Assembly: GCA_964583525.1 (NCBI GenBank)
Contig: CAZOXD010000010.1
Span: 1-53,476, forward strand
Reading direction: 5' to 3'
Length of the DNA: 53,476 nucleotides
From: an uncultured Pseudomonadota bacterium
Lineage (GTDB): Bacteria > SAR324 > JACQKK01
In this document: positions 20,324 to 30,583 of the stretch, in pieces
Layout: each line of letters begins with the position of its first letter
How positions within the stretch are numbered: position 1 is the first letter of the stretch
Program-made: the position numbers and the translations under genes
Notes under the pieces: generated by a model
The model's database searches: none
Told to the model about the DNA's origin: nothing
The model's input: only the letters and a program-made list of their open reading frames with translations

Positions 20324-21160
20324 CTATTGTTCGGGAACCTCGATCGGCAAGTCCTGCCGACCCCCCCACTCTTTCCATGACCCAATGAAATTGTGAATTC
20401 TTTCATAGCCCAGCAATCGTAGGGCCAGATGGGCATGGGAAGAGCGGTAGCCGCCTTGTCAGAAGGGCACGATGGCCTTGTCGCGCAGCACACCCGCGCC
20501 CTCAAACATAGCTGTCAATTCCGCCGCGCTCTTGAACTTGCCGTCCTCATCCAGGTAGTTCGTCCATTCCAGGTGAACCGCCCCAGGGATGGTGCCGCCC
20601 CTGGGCCCGCCGCGCGTGTTTTTCCCTGTCCACTCATCGTCGCTGCGGGTATCCAGCACGACCAGGTCGCTGTCACCCAACTTGGCGTTCAGGTCATCGG
20701 CCGACATGAATAATTCGCTGCGGAGTGTGATGCTCAGGGAATGAGCCTTAGGCGTGTTTATCTTCCGCACGGTCTCATAGCCCGCGGCGCGCCAAGCTTT
20801 CATGCCGCCGTCGAGCAGATGCACATCCGTGTGGCCAAAGTATTCCAGCATCCAGAAAGTACGGGCCGCCCGCATGCCCGAATCCTCCTCGTAAACCACC
20901 ACGGTACGATCCATGCCTACCCCACGCATTTCCATCAGGGAGCACATCATTTCATTGTACAAACTCAGGGGTTCGGGCTGGGTATTGGACAAGTATACTC
21001 TGTAATGATCAAAGTGGGTCGCGCCGGGAATGATGCCCTCCATCACCAGATGAGTCGGTCTGGTATCGAGGATCACCAGGTTTTCATCACCCAGCCGTCC
21101 ATGTAGTTTTTCCGGCGTCCAGATCAGGTCGCTGTTGGTATAATCATCAACTCCCGCCAT
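20324..21160 (-). CDS. Two-domain rhodanese/sulfurtransferase with UGA (probable selenocysteine) at the catalytic position
   Basis: The frame continues past TGA (20459-20461): VPF-U-QGGYRSSHAHLALRLLGYERIHNFIGSWKEWG...EQ* (TAG 20324-20326), matching the CxxGxR loop and the GSWxEW C-terminal motif; 278 aa. Confidence 0.88.
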
Positions 21161-21464
21161 CGAGTTCCCCTTGAGCCAGTCGGGTTATCAAATCCACCAT
21201 CAGCCGCACACCCACGCCGCTGCTCCCTTTGGGAAATAGCGGGTGCCCACCGTCGCTCCATGCATAACATTCCATGTGGGCCCTCGCAATGTCGCCGGCG
21301 AATTCCTTGAGAAACATCGCCACCGTGATGGCGCCGCCAATGCCGGGAGAAGCCTTAGGTTTTGGCTGAGTTGACCTCTACCCACAGGCGTTCTATTTCG
21401 GTTTCCGAAAGCGCTAACGTTCAAGGAACTCTCCTATTTTTGTTACCCGACATTCCCCAGATGG

Positions 21465-21713
21465 AGCCTTGAAGAACTACACGCCCTCGGGATCGACCTG
21501 TATTTGCAACAGCAGGGGCTGGATACCACCACGCCAGCCGGTAAGGCGATGTTCCAGATGTGCGGGGTGTTCGCGGAGTTCGAGCGATCCATAATCAGGG
21601 AACGGATCAACGCTGGGCTGGAGAGGGCGAAAACGAACGGGAAGATATTGGAAAGACCTAGGGTAGATCAATCGGTTGAACAGGTAAATCCGAGAGGCTC
21701 TGCAAATAGGTGA
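21465..21713 (+). pseudogene. Serine resolvase/invertase internal fragment
   Basis: LEELHALGIDLYLQQQGLDTTTPAGKAMFQMCGVFAEFERSIIRERINAGLERAK; the catalytic N-terminus is absent. Confidence 0.85.
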
Positions 21714-21747
21714 CAAGGGGATGCGAAAGTACCGCTTGTAAGGCAGG

Positions 21748-24051
21748 TCACACGCTCCCTTTTATGGAGGCTACATCCCTTCCCGCGATTTCATACATGG
21801 CCTGAGCAGACAGTAAGTAGGAAAGGGTAGACTCCGCTCCCTGGTTACGATTGATACCGTGAGCGCTAAGGCCGTCGAAGCACCCACCCGTTTTTAGGTC
21901 GCAGACCATTTCTTCAATATCATTCATGCCTAGGAACCAGGAAAAACAACGCTCCGCTTCACGCCGCCATTCTTCCTTGCCGCTCAGCCAGTAGGCCGCA
22001 GTACACGCCCAGACCAAACCCATGGCTTCCACAGGCTGTTGGTCGAATTGGGCTTTCTTTCCGCCCCGCTCTAGCCATCCACTGTTGCCGATGATCGAAA
22101 GGTTGCCATCAGAAGCTGTTTGATGGCTCAGCAGCCAAGTGAGCACGGCGATTCCTTTTTCGTACATCGGCTGATTGTTCAGCAGAGAACCTGCAACCAT
22201 CAGCGCGTGGGAAAGCTTCGCGTTGGAATAGTTAACCGTGTCCTCCAACCAGATCCAGTCCTTTGAAGCATTGGCCTCGAATCGCCGCAGCAATTCACTT
22301 GAAAGTGCCTCCAGCACACGTCGGGCAGATTCATGATCCGGATTGTGGCGGAGGTAGTGATATGTGCCGAGGATGCTGAACGCCCAAGCACGTGGGGACG
22401 TCATTTTCTCCGTGGCGGGGAGTGCCCGTTCCATCAGTTCAAGTGCCATCGACGAAATCAGATTATTTGCGGCGTAACGCGCAGTGAAGCCGAGGCTCCA
22501 TAGGGACCGGCCATGGCAGTCTTCACTTCCTTTTTCATTCAGCCATCTGCGGTCGTAAGACATAAAATTGCGGAAAAATCCGGTTGACGAATCAAACGCA
22601 TCCAGGACAAACGCAAGATATCTCTTGATCAGGGGAATGACGGATTCATCTTTTCTCAAGCGATAGTAGTCACAGGCCACGATCAGCGCACGGGCGTTGT
22701 CATCGGTACAGTACCCTTCCCTCCTGTTGGGGATGTCGTAGGTGGCATGCTGAAGTATGCCAGTATCGTCTGTGAGCACCAGCATATGCCCCAAGTTGAT
22801 TTCCGGGACCACGTCGAGCAATTTCTGTGCGGGGGGGCGCTTTTCAACGATTTCGAAGATTCTTTTCCTTGGAACCTTTCTTGTTGCAATAATCTCATCC
22901 ACAAGACCCAGGTAGTCGCGGGCGACTTGCTTCCAAATCATGGAGCGACTGAAATGGTAGGCTGCGGTTCGCATGGCCTCCCGTTCCGCGTCGTTTGAAA
23001 GGAGCCGGCTAATCGCCTTGCTTAGGTCTTCTGAATTTCCAAATGGAACGAGGCAGCCGCGTCCGTCTTCGAGTAGCTCCTCGGCATACCAGTAAGGAGT
23101 GGAAACAACAGTATTCCCAGCGCCAAAGGAATAGGCAAGCGTCCCAGAGGTTATTTGTTCAGGCTGGGTGTAGGGAGACACGTATATATCTGATGCCAGC
23201 AGGTACTCAACAAGATCCTGCAGATCAACAAATTGGTTGTGAAACAAGACGCAACCATCCAACCCCAATTCTTTGGATATGTACTGGAGCTTGAGCCGAT
23301 AGTCTTCGCCCTGTTCCCGCTTGATATCCGGGTGTGTTTCACCAAGGATCACGTAAATAGCATCGGGATGCTCTGAGACAATATCCGGCATTGCCTGAAT
23401 CATGTCTTCCACACCCTTGTTCGGACTCAGCAGCCCGAAGGTGAGCATCACCTTGTGGCCTTCAAATCCAAGCTTCACCTTCATTTTGTCGGGGGACTGC
23501 AGTGGCAGGTCGGGAATTCCGTGGGGAATGAATTTCACTTTCTCAGGAGGCAGGCCATACACGTCTTGCAAGATAAGTTCAGCTTTGCGGCTCATGACAG
23601 TGAGGTATTGCGAACAGTCAGCCAATTCCAGCAGGACTCGCTTCTGGCTTTCACTGGGCTTGAGCAAAACCGTATGAAGGGTTGTAATCAGGGGAGACCT
23701 GAGGTTTCCGACAAGGTGTAAGATGTAGGCGCCAGCCTCACCACCGAAAATCCCATATTCGTGCTGAAGAATTACGGCATCGTGGTGCGTCGTGTTTAAG
23801 AATTCCGCGGCGCGCAAATACTCTGCCTGGACATTCGCCGAAACCGAAAATTTCACACGTTCCGGATACGGATATTCTTTCTGAATATCGGTCATAGCGA
23901 CCGCAATAACCTCGTCAATTTGCGCTTGATCTTCCCGGGCCAGCGCCTCCGCTAAATCAGTCGTGAAGGTGGCGATGCCGCACCGCCGTGGAAGGTAGTT
24001 TCCGATCAGTGCAAGTTTGTAGGTGGATGGGATTTCGGTAATATTAATAAT
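21748..24051 (-). CDS. GT4 glycosyltransferase fused to a C-terminal six-hairpin glycosidase-like domain
   Basis: Conserved N-terminal LIGNYLPRRCGIATFT lies upstream of the first ATG (23895); QHEYGIFGG, FGLLSPNKG, QITSGTLAY, YCTDDNARAL and NQGAESTL motifs. Start inferred at ATT 24051 or 24048. Confidence 0.85.
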   Translation of the reverse strand: MINITEIPSTYKLALIGNYLPRRCGIATFTTDLAEALAREDQAQIDEVIAVAMTDIQKEYPYPERVKFSVSANVQAEYLRAAEFLNTTHHDAVILQHEYGIFGGEAGAYILHLVGNLRSPLITTLHTVLLKPSESQKRVLLELADCSQYLTVMSRKAELILQDVYGLPPEKVKFIPHGIPDLPLQSPDKMKVKLGFEGHKVMLTFGLLSPNKGVEDMIQAMPDIVSEHPDAIYVILGETHPDIKREQGEDYRLKLQYISKELGLDGCVLFHNQFVDLQDLVEYLLASDIYVSPYTQPEQITSGTLAYSFGAGNTVVSTPYWYAEELLEDGRGCLVPFGNSEDLSKAISRLLSNDAEREAMRTAAYHFSRSMIWKQVARDYLGLVDEIIATRKVPRKRIFEIVEKRPPAQKLLDVVPEINLGHMLVLTDDTGILQHATYDIPNRREGYCTDDNARALIVACDYYRLRKDESVIPLIKRYLAFVLDAFDSSTGFFRNFMSYDRRWLNEKGSEDCHGRSLWSLGFTARYAANNLISSMALELMERALPATEKMTSPRAWAFSILGTYHYLRHNPDHESARRVLEALSSELLRRFEANASKDWIWLEDTVNYSNAKLSHALMVAGSLLNNQPMYEKGIAVLTWLLSHQTASDGNLSIIGNSGWLERGGKKAQFDQQPVEAMGLVWACTAAYWLSGKEEWRREAERCFSWFLGMNDIEEMVCDLKTGGCFDGLSAHGINRNQGAESTLSYLLSAQAMYEIAGRDVASIKGSV

Positions 24052-24299
24052 ATGGGCCCCCTTTATACCCGGGGAGTCAAATTAGATTGGTTCACAAAAA
24101 ATAACCGTTGCTCCACTAAACTCCTGATTTTCCATCGGTAGCTCTGAATTCGCAACATGGGGAAGGGGGAAAAGGGCCTCTCGATGCAGGCGATGGGAGA
24201 AATCCGTGCACCTAAATGAAGTCGCCGGAGCCACGCTTGGTTGTGTCACCGCTTGCCCGCCCTATCCAAGTCTACTGGAGGACAGCAAGTCGCAAGGAC

Positions 24300-25763
24300 T
24301 CAAGATGATTTTAGCGCGGAAAGCAGATCTCCGATAGGGACCACCGCGATGGTCGATGCCTGGTCCGACATTGCATAGGGAATGATGAGTTCTTCGTTAT
24401 GAATGATCGAACCGCAACTGTAGACCACATTCGGAACATAGCCTTCCCGCTCATCCCGATTGGGAATTAGTAATGGGTCCCTTAGCTTTCCAATCACCCG
24501 GTTTGGTCTGTCCAGATCCAACAAGATAGCCCCGATAAAGTACTGCCGCATGGGACCGACGCCATGGGTGAGGAGGAGCCATCCTTCGGGGGTTTCGATG
24601 GGTGAGCCGCAATTCCCGATCTGAATGAACTCCCAGGGGTCAACCGGTTTCTGTAGGCGTTGGGCGTCATTCCAAATATGGACATTATCGGAAGTTGAAA
24701 TGTACATGTTTTCGCCGTCTAACCGCGAGATCATCACATAACGCCCATTTATTCTTCGTGGGAAGAGGGCCATTCCTTTGTCTTTAGCGGAATCTCCGTT
24801 GAGCGTAATCATGCGGAAATGAAGAAAATCCTTGGTGACGACAATCTGCGGCAGGATGTTCCAGCCATCAAATGCAGTACAGGTCGCATAATAGGTTGTT
24901 TCCCCATTGTCATCTACGAATCGAACGAAGCGAGCGTCTTCGATGCCACTACTTTCATTTTCCGAAACCGGAAATATCACTCGTTCGGAAAGATTGCGCT
25001 CAGGATCAAACCGGATTTCGTAGTTGGAGCGGGCAAGCCATAGCATATGGTCAATGGTCTTTTTAATTACTACCCGATGATTCTTTGGCCTTTCGTACTC
25101 GTTGATGGCTTTCATCAATTCTTCAAATGTGAATTCATCATTGAGCTGTGAAAGAATCGTTTCTGAAAAAATGTTCTTCCAGTCCATCTCTTCAAGCTTA
25201 CGAAGGAAGTTTTCTAAATAGTAATTTGGATTTTTAACAATATCTGCTCGCTCCACATAACGGCTGACAGGATCGAATACGGTAGAATTGTCTTTCTTAA
25301 AAATGCCACTGCGAAACTCGATTGATGAGAGATGTCCTTCGCCCGTGGAACGAAAACTCATCACGAACCGAAGTTCTCCTGGCTTGAGTCCGCTTTGGTC
25401 CGGATGTGGAACAATGGAAGGGTTGAAGAAGGCAGCTGACTGGATAGAATATTCATGGGTAAAATAAGCTCCGATAAGCAGGCGTTTAGTGTCAATAATT
25501 TTATTTTCCGGGGGCATAAACCGGGATACATGTTGGAAATTTATTTCGAAGTCGCCCCAAATATCTTTGTGCCTGTTATCAAAATTCCGTTTGATCCCTT
25601 CTAAAACATGCTCGGAATCAATGTCCGACATACTGAGTACGCGGTTGATAACATTTCGAATACGATCTTCTCCGCCGGGGAAAAAAGGTTTGGTGATCAC
25701 ACGTGATGAATCAATGTGAAAGACTTCCTCTCGCCGCCTAGCTATGACCGTAACATTATGCAT
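24300..25763 (-). CDS. GH130-like (DUF377) glycoside hydrolase/phosphorylase, long form
   Basis: FFNPSIV, GIEDARFV, KDKGMALFPRRING, IGNCGSP, GYVPNVVYSCG; RBS-supported ATG at 25763. Confidence 0.85.
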   Translation of the reverse strand: MHNVTVIARRREEVFHIDSSRVITKPFFPGGEDRIRNVINRVLSMSDIDSEHVLEGIKRNFDNRHKDIWGDFEINFQHVSRFMPPENKIIDTKRLLIGAYFTHEYSIQSAAFFNPSIVPHPDQSGLKPGELRFVMSFRSTGEGHLSSIEFRSGIFKKDNSTVFDPVSRYVERADIVKNPNYYLENFLRKLEEMDWKNIFSETILSQLNDEFTFEELMKAINEYERPKNHRVVIKKTIDHMLWLARSNYEIRFDPERNLSERVIFPVSENESSGIEDARFVRFVDDNGETTYYATCTAFDGWNILPQIVVTKDFLHFRMITLNGDSAKDKGMALFPRRINGRYVMISRLDGENMYISTSDNVHIWNDAQRLQKPVDPWEFIQIGNCGSPIETPEGWLLLTHGVGPMRQYFIGAILLDLDRPNRVIGKLRDPLLIPNRDEREGYVPNVVYSCGSIIHNEELIIPYAMSDQASTIAVVPIGDLLSALKSS

Positions 25764-25862
25764 GCTGTGACTTCCTTTTCCGCGGATGAGCGAAGGGTAA
25801 AGCCTCACGCTTTATTAACTGATTATCCCCCATTGACTATCTGGGAGCCCAATTGGATTTCC

Positions 25863-26807
25863 CTATAGAGGCTCTCTCGCGCGAGTCAAGCACATGTCCG
25901 CGAGATCAGCTATAGAAGCTGTCCCGGCACACATTACCGTATCGGCGCCTCCCCAATAAATTTTTACCGTTCCGTCATCTTCCGGGATTGCTCCGCAGCT
26001 AAACACCACATTCGGTACATAACCTGTTCGCTCCCAGGGAGCAGCAGGTTCAAGGATCCATTCATCGGCCACGCCAAGGATGCGCTCCGGGTTATCCAGG
26101 TCGTGAAGGGCAACCCCCAGGCGGTAGACTGCCCCTCCCATTGTTTGAAAAACCCCGTGGTAGATGTGTATCCAGCCTTTTTTGCTGGGAATAGGGGGTG
26201 CCCCTGGCCCAATCTTCATCTCATCCCAATGGTATTTCATAGGGTTCATAATGACACGGGAATTTCCCCAGTGGATCAAATCCGGGGAATAGGAGATGCA
26301 AATAGGCCACGGGTTGATTTCCGAGTGGGGCCGGTCGAGGCGAACGTAGTGACCGTCGAATTTTCTCGGGAAAATCACGGTATTGCGCATATCCGGCTGG
26401 GAAATGAAAGCAATCCGCTCGACCATATCAAAATCCCGGGTTCGAGCCAGGCCAATTCTAACGCCGTATCTTGAATAGGCGCTGTAAGTCAGCAGGTACT
26501 CACCTTCACAGGGGGAAATGCGCATATCCTCCACCCCATATTCCTCGTACTCGGCAAAAACCCCTTCTGTTGCCGGTTCGAGAAACGGTTGAGGGTGTAC
26601 GACAAAGGAAAAACCATCAACGCTCTCGGCACAGCCAATGATCGAGCGCCCGTTCAGGCGATGCGACCGAAAGAGCAATATGTAACGGTCCTGGAACTTG
26701 CAAGCCCCTGCGTTGTGCACCGTTGCGACCGGGTAGGGAATATCCTCTTTGGTCAAAATGGGATTCTTCTCATATCGGCGAACAATGCCAGCGTGTTTTT
26801 CCACCAC
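25863..26807 (-). CDS. GH130 family glycoside phosphorylase/hydrolase
   Basis: VHNAGA, YGVEDMRI, RNTVIFP, KIGPGAPP and YVPNVVFSCG. Confidence 0.9.
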   Translation of the reverse strand: MVEKHAGIVRRYEKNPILTKEDIPYPVATVHNAGACKFQDRYILLFRSHRLNGRSIIGCAESVDGFSFVVHPQPFLEPATEGVFAEYEEYGVEDMRISPCEGEYLLTYSAYSRYGVRIGLARTRDFDMVERIAFISQPDMRNTVIFPRKFDGHYVRLDRPHSEINPWPICISYSPDLIHWGNSRVIMNPMKYHWDEMKIGPGAPPIPSKKGWIHIYHGVFQTMGGAVYRLGVALHDLDNPERILGVADEWILEPAAPWERTGYVPNVVFSCGAIPEDDGTVKIYWGGADTVMCAGTASIADLADMCLTRAREPL

Positions 26808-26838
26808 GACTTTTGCTCCGTTGTGTCCCGCATCGGTG

Positions 26839-27882
26839 TTACGATGCAGGAGTCAGCCTGTCAAGCCCTCCCGCTCCTCTCAAGATCTCGCGGTAAACAG
26901 AAAGATACTCGTCAACCATACGCTCGGACGAAAACCGCTTTTCAACCGACTTGCGGCACTCTGCCCGCTCTATTGATCCGATCTGTGCAACTGCCTCCAC
27001 GGCGCCATCGACGTCCCGCACCAGAAAACCGTTGGTCCCCGACGTGATCAGTTCAGGCATCGAACCTCGATTAAAGGCAATTACCGGAGTGCCGCAGGCC
27101 ATCGACTCCACCACAGACAGTCCAAAGGGTTCCTCAAAATAAATCGGGTGGAGCAGGGCATAGGCTTGGCGCAGCATGCGATTTCGTTCGGCCGGCCCGA
27201 CGCTTCCGATGTACTGAACCTGATTGTCATCGATATGAGGTTTTACATGAGTATCAAAATAATCCTGGTCCTGGATGATGCCGGCGATAATCAATTTTTG
27301 CCCTGAGCGTCTGGCAACTTCAATGGCTTCCCGGGTTCCTTTATCCGGGTGTATTCGCCCGAAGAAAAGAAGATAGTCGTTGGGACTGGGGTTGAAGTCA
27401 AACTGTTCAAGTTCAACACCGTGATGGATTGTCCGCAGATAGTTCAACCTCTCGCTCCGATCTGCATCGCTGATCGACACATAATGGGTCTTGCCGTTGT
27501 ATTTTTCGTAAATCGGCAAAATTTCCGGCGAGGAGAACCCGTGGATCGTCGTGAGAACCGGCGTCGCGACCAATGCGGTGTAGGTAAGCGGCAGGAAGTC
27601 GAAATGGTTGTGGATGAGATCGAATTCCCGGGCGTGCTCAAAGACCTCGGCTATATGCAGGCACTCCCAGACCTTGGGGATGATGCTGCTGTCTTCTTCA
27701 TAGCCGGATCGACATACACCTCTAAGTTCTGCCTGCGTCAGAGAATCTTTCGTGGCAAACAAGGTCACCGCAACGCCCCGGCGCACCAATCCTTCCGTCA
27801 GCACTGAGACCACGCTTTCCCAGGGTCCATAGTGCTGAGGGGGGGTTCGCCAAGCGATCGGCGATAACATCGCGATTTTCAT
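26839..27882 (-). CDS. GT4 family glycosyltransferase
   Basis: MKIAMLSPIAWRTPPQHYGPWE, FGRIHPDKG and EEPFGLSVVESMACGTPVI. Confidence 0.92.
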   Translation of the reverse strand: MKIAMLSPIAWRTPPQHYGPWESVVSVLTEGLVRRGVAVTLFATKDSLTQAELRGVCRSGYEEDSSIIPKVWECLHIAEVFEHAREFDLIHNHFDFLPLTYTALVATPVLTTIHGFSSPEILPIYEKYNGKTHYVSISDADRSERLNYLRTIHHGVELEQFDFNPSPNDYLLFFGRIHPDKGTREAIEVARRSGQKLIIAGIIQDQDYFDTHVKPHIDDNQVQYIGSVGPAERNRMLRQAYALLHPIYFEEPFGLSVVESMACGTPVIAFNRGSMPELITSGTNGFLVRDVDGAVEAVAQIGSIERAECRKSVEKRFSSERMVDEYLSVYREILRGAGGLDRLTPAS

Positions 27883-27989
27883 CTCTTCACCTTCTGAGGG
27901 GATGTCCCCTCCGCCGTGGAATTTATCCGGCACCCCTTGTCTATGGTGGAATATTGCTCCATGGGGGCCGGGTGCGCTCGGATTTTGAA

Positions 27990-28346
27990 TCAGCTCCTTC
28001 CGTAGTCGTCCTCGCGCCGTTCGATGTCGTCCTCACCGAAGTAGTCGCCCCGCTGAATCTCGATGAAAACGAAAGGCACCTCGCCTGGGTTGCGGATGCG
28101 GTGCCATGCGCCCTGGGGAATGTCCACGGCATCGCCCGGGGCAAACGGGATCTCCTCATCGTCCCGCGTGACGACGGCCCGCCCTGAAACGGCGAACCAG
28201 TGCTCGCTACGCCTTTCGTGGCGCTGGAGGCTCAAGCGCTGGCCGGGATCCACGACGATGCGCTTGACCTTGTGATCGGATTTGTCCGCAAGGACGACGT
28301 AGTGACCCCAGGGTCGATGGTTGGTTTCAATGCCGTGTTCGTTCAT
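27990..28346 (-). CDS. Cupin, type II mannose-6-phosphate isomerase C-terminal-like domain
   Basis: RPWGHY, LSLQRHERRSEHW, HRIRNPG and IEIQRGDYFGEDDIER. Confidence 0.88.
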   Translation of the reverse strand: MNEHGIETNHRPWGHYVVLADKSDHKVKRIVVDPGQRLSLQRHERRSEHWFAVSGRAVVTRDDEEIPFAPGDAVDIPQGAWHRIRNPGEVPFVFIEIQRGDYFGEDDIERREDDYGRS

Positions 28347-28839
28347 GCTGGTCTCCTTTCGGTGGGTTCCGCAGAAATTCCATGGGCCTTCCTGCCGCAC
28401 GCTTCGCCAGGCTGCAATCCTCATTGGGTCCATTCAGCAACGGCCTGGAGACCAACCTCTAACCTTCGCTTATCGGCAGGTTCGATCTAAAATGACCTGC
28501 CAATAAGCGTTGAACAAATTCCATGACATTTTTACCACGAACCCAGAAGCCACTACCAAGAAATTGTTGGAGTGGCTTCTTTCTGGATTGGTGAAGGATG
28601 CTGGAATCCCTTTTCCCGGGGTTCCACCACAGGGGGCGACCAGAAGCCTTATCACTCCCATTTTTGTCATACACCCTGCTACACAAACCTGTTTGATAGT
28701 TGGGCATACCGTGTGATACTGTCACGCGGTGTGTAGCACACAAGTGACTGTTAGGAATGATAAGTTGCTGATATTGCAGTGAATACTACCGGATCGAGTT
28801 CGACTCTTCCCGTCGAACTTTTATTTCACCGATTCATCC

Positions 28840-28885
28840 CTATGGAAGTAGGTCACAGCCCGCTTTGGGAGGATGCCGGGGTGGG
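28840..28885. repeat. Copy 2 of the conserved ~45-nt hairpin motif
   Basis: CTATGGAAGTAGGTCACAGCCCGCTTTGGGAGGATGCCGGGGTGGG. Confidence 0.9.
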
Positions 28886-29020
28886 TGTTTGTTGGATGTG
28901 CTTCTCTTTCCTATTTCAGATGCTGCGTTCTTCGTTCCCTGTTGGAAATTCCCACCCGATCAAATAGACTACCCTCCACACCGAAATTTCGTTTCATGCC
29001 TTCTCTGGGGGAAGGGCGCC

Positions 29021-29107
29021 ATGGCCCCATCCGACGTCCAACGCAAGTTGACCGCCATCCTTTGCACTGATGTGGTGGGCTACTCGCGCCTGATGGGTGC
29101 CGGTGAG
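29021..29107 (+). pseudogene. N-terminal fragment of a class III adenylate/guanylate cyclase
   Basis: MAPSDVQRKLTAILCTDVVGYSRLMG, after which homology is lost. Confidence 0.65.
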
Positions 29108-29171
29108 GGTTGCCAGGACATCCCAACGGTCACAACAATATTATATCGCAACAACCAAATTCGAAAACGCC

Positions 29172-29480
29172 ATGGCAGAAACCCTTGTCACATCGTTGAT
29201 GCACATCGAGGCCGATCTGGCCGAAGTAACGGAGTTGGGAAAGACCTCCGAGGGCCAGCGGCGCATGATCGCCATCCTGGGTGGTACTTTTTACGGCAGA
29301 ATCCAGGGTAAGTTGTTGCCGGGTGGGGCCGACTGGCAGCTGATCCGAAACGATGGCATCGCCGACATTTCCGCCCGCTACCCTCTGGAAACCGACAGCG
29401 GCGCACGGATCGTAGTCCGTAGCGAGGGATACCGCCACGGCCCACCTGACGTTATCGCACGCCTTCCATGGGGCCCATAG
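29172..29480 (+). pseudogene. DUF3237-like protein, 3'-truncated
   Basis: GQRRMIAILGGTF...LPGGADWQLIRNDG...ARYPLETDSGARIVVRSEGYRHGPPDV; ends early. Confidence 0.7.
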
Positions 29481-29549
29481 GGTGATTTCCAACTTACAAG
29501 TGTTTGAAGAACTGGCTTCGGTAACGCTGCAACAGCCACGGTGAGGATA

Positions 29550-30314
29550 ATGATCTGGACTGACGATGCCATCAGACGATTGGAACGTGTTCCGGAAGGC
29601 TTCATGCGAAAAGCAGCAAGGAATACCGTAGAAGAGTATGCCAAGGAAAACGGTTTTGCCGAAATTACGTTGGGAGTCGCCGAGGCCGCCTTAATCGATT
29701 CAAGGAAGAAAATGTTCGCTGCCTCTCAGGAAAACGCCTCGCAAGAATTCAGTGCCCCGGAAGATCGAAAGGGGAAGACAGCGGATACCGTGACAATCGA
29801 TGAGGGATCATTTGAGTGTGGCTTATGCGGACTTGTCACATTTGGCAGCAAACCCGATCATTGTCCATCTTGTCACTTTGATGAATTTCGGATGTTAACA
29901 GGAGAAGAGCTAAAGAACATCACTAGATCAGCAAGTTTGATACTAGAATGGGATCAAGATGCGTTGGATAAGTTGGAGCGAATCCCCCCTGGATTTATGC
30001 GTCAGATGACGAAATGCCGGGTCGAGCATTGGGCCAGAAAATGCGGTGCCGAACGTGTAACTGTTGATGTGGTTGAAGGTAAGTACAAGAATTGGGAACA
30101 GGGTACCCCCCGGTCGCCGAGTGAACTCGAATGGAGTGCTGGAGCGAGGTCACGAGTGGAAAAGATTCCTCAATTCATTCGGCCAGTGGTGGTGAAAGAG
30201 ATCGAGCAGAAGGTCAAAGACATTGGTGGGAATTTCGTCGATGACGAGGCAATAGACGCAGTCATTCGTGGCTGGAGCAAGGACATGGATTCATTCCACG
30301 TTGGGAGTGAATAA
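29550..30314 (+). CDS. Protein with three PCP_red-like repeats and a rubredoxin-like CxxC...CxxC domain
   Basis: Repeats WTDDAIRRLERVP, WDQDALDKLERIP and WSAGARSRVEKIP; CGLC...CPSC between repeats 1 and 2. Confidence 0.75.
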   Translation: MIWTDDAIRRLERVPEGFMRKAARNTVEEYAKENGFAEITLGVAEAALIDSRKKMFAASQENASQEFSAPEDRKGKTADTVTIDEGSFECGLCGLVTFGSKPDHCPSCHFDEFRMLTGEELKNITRSASLILEWDQDALDKLERIPPGFMRQMTKCRVEHWARKCGAERVTVDVVEGKYKNWEQGTPRSPSELEWSAGARSRVEKIPQFIRPVVVKEIEQKVKDIGGNFVDDEAIDAVIRGWSKDMDSFHVGSE

Positions 30315-30339
30315 TTTTCAAAACGTTTTACTTTACATC

Positions 30340-30583
30340 GTGCTTTGAGGAAGCCAGCCTCCAGGTCGAGCAGCTCTTGTCCATAAACAAGGACAACCTT
30401 GCCGATGGCGAGCCGGTACTCATCAGCGGCTTTGGGCAGTGGAAGGTGCGGGAAAAGAAATCGAGGGTTGGGCGCAACCCGAAAACCTTGGAGGAGTTTG
30501 AGGTTTCCGCAAGGCGGGTGGTGACCTTTTATTCTTCGAGTGTCTGGCGGGAAGAAATCTCCAACAAGTCAGGCATGAAATAG
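30340..30583 (+). pseudogene. ihfA: Integration host factor alpha-like gene lacking its N-terminus
   Basis: EPVLISGFGQWKVREKKSRVGRNPKT...VSARRVVTF; no start codon or first helix. Confidence 0.7.

Noticed and set aside
28795-28812. GAGTTCGACTCT T-arm-like sequence upstream of hairpin copy 2
   Set aside because: Only a 12-nt match with no acceptor-stem continuation; may be chance.
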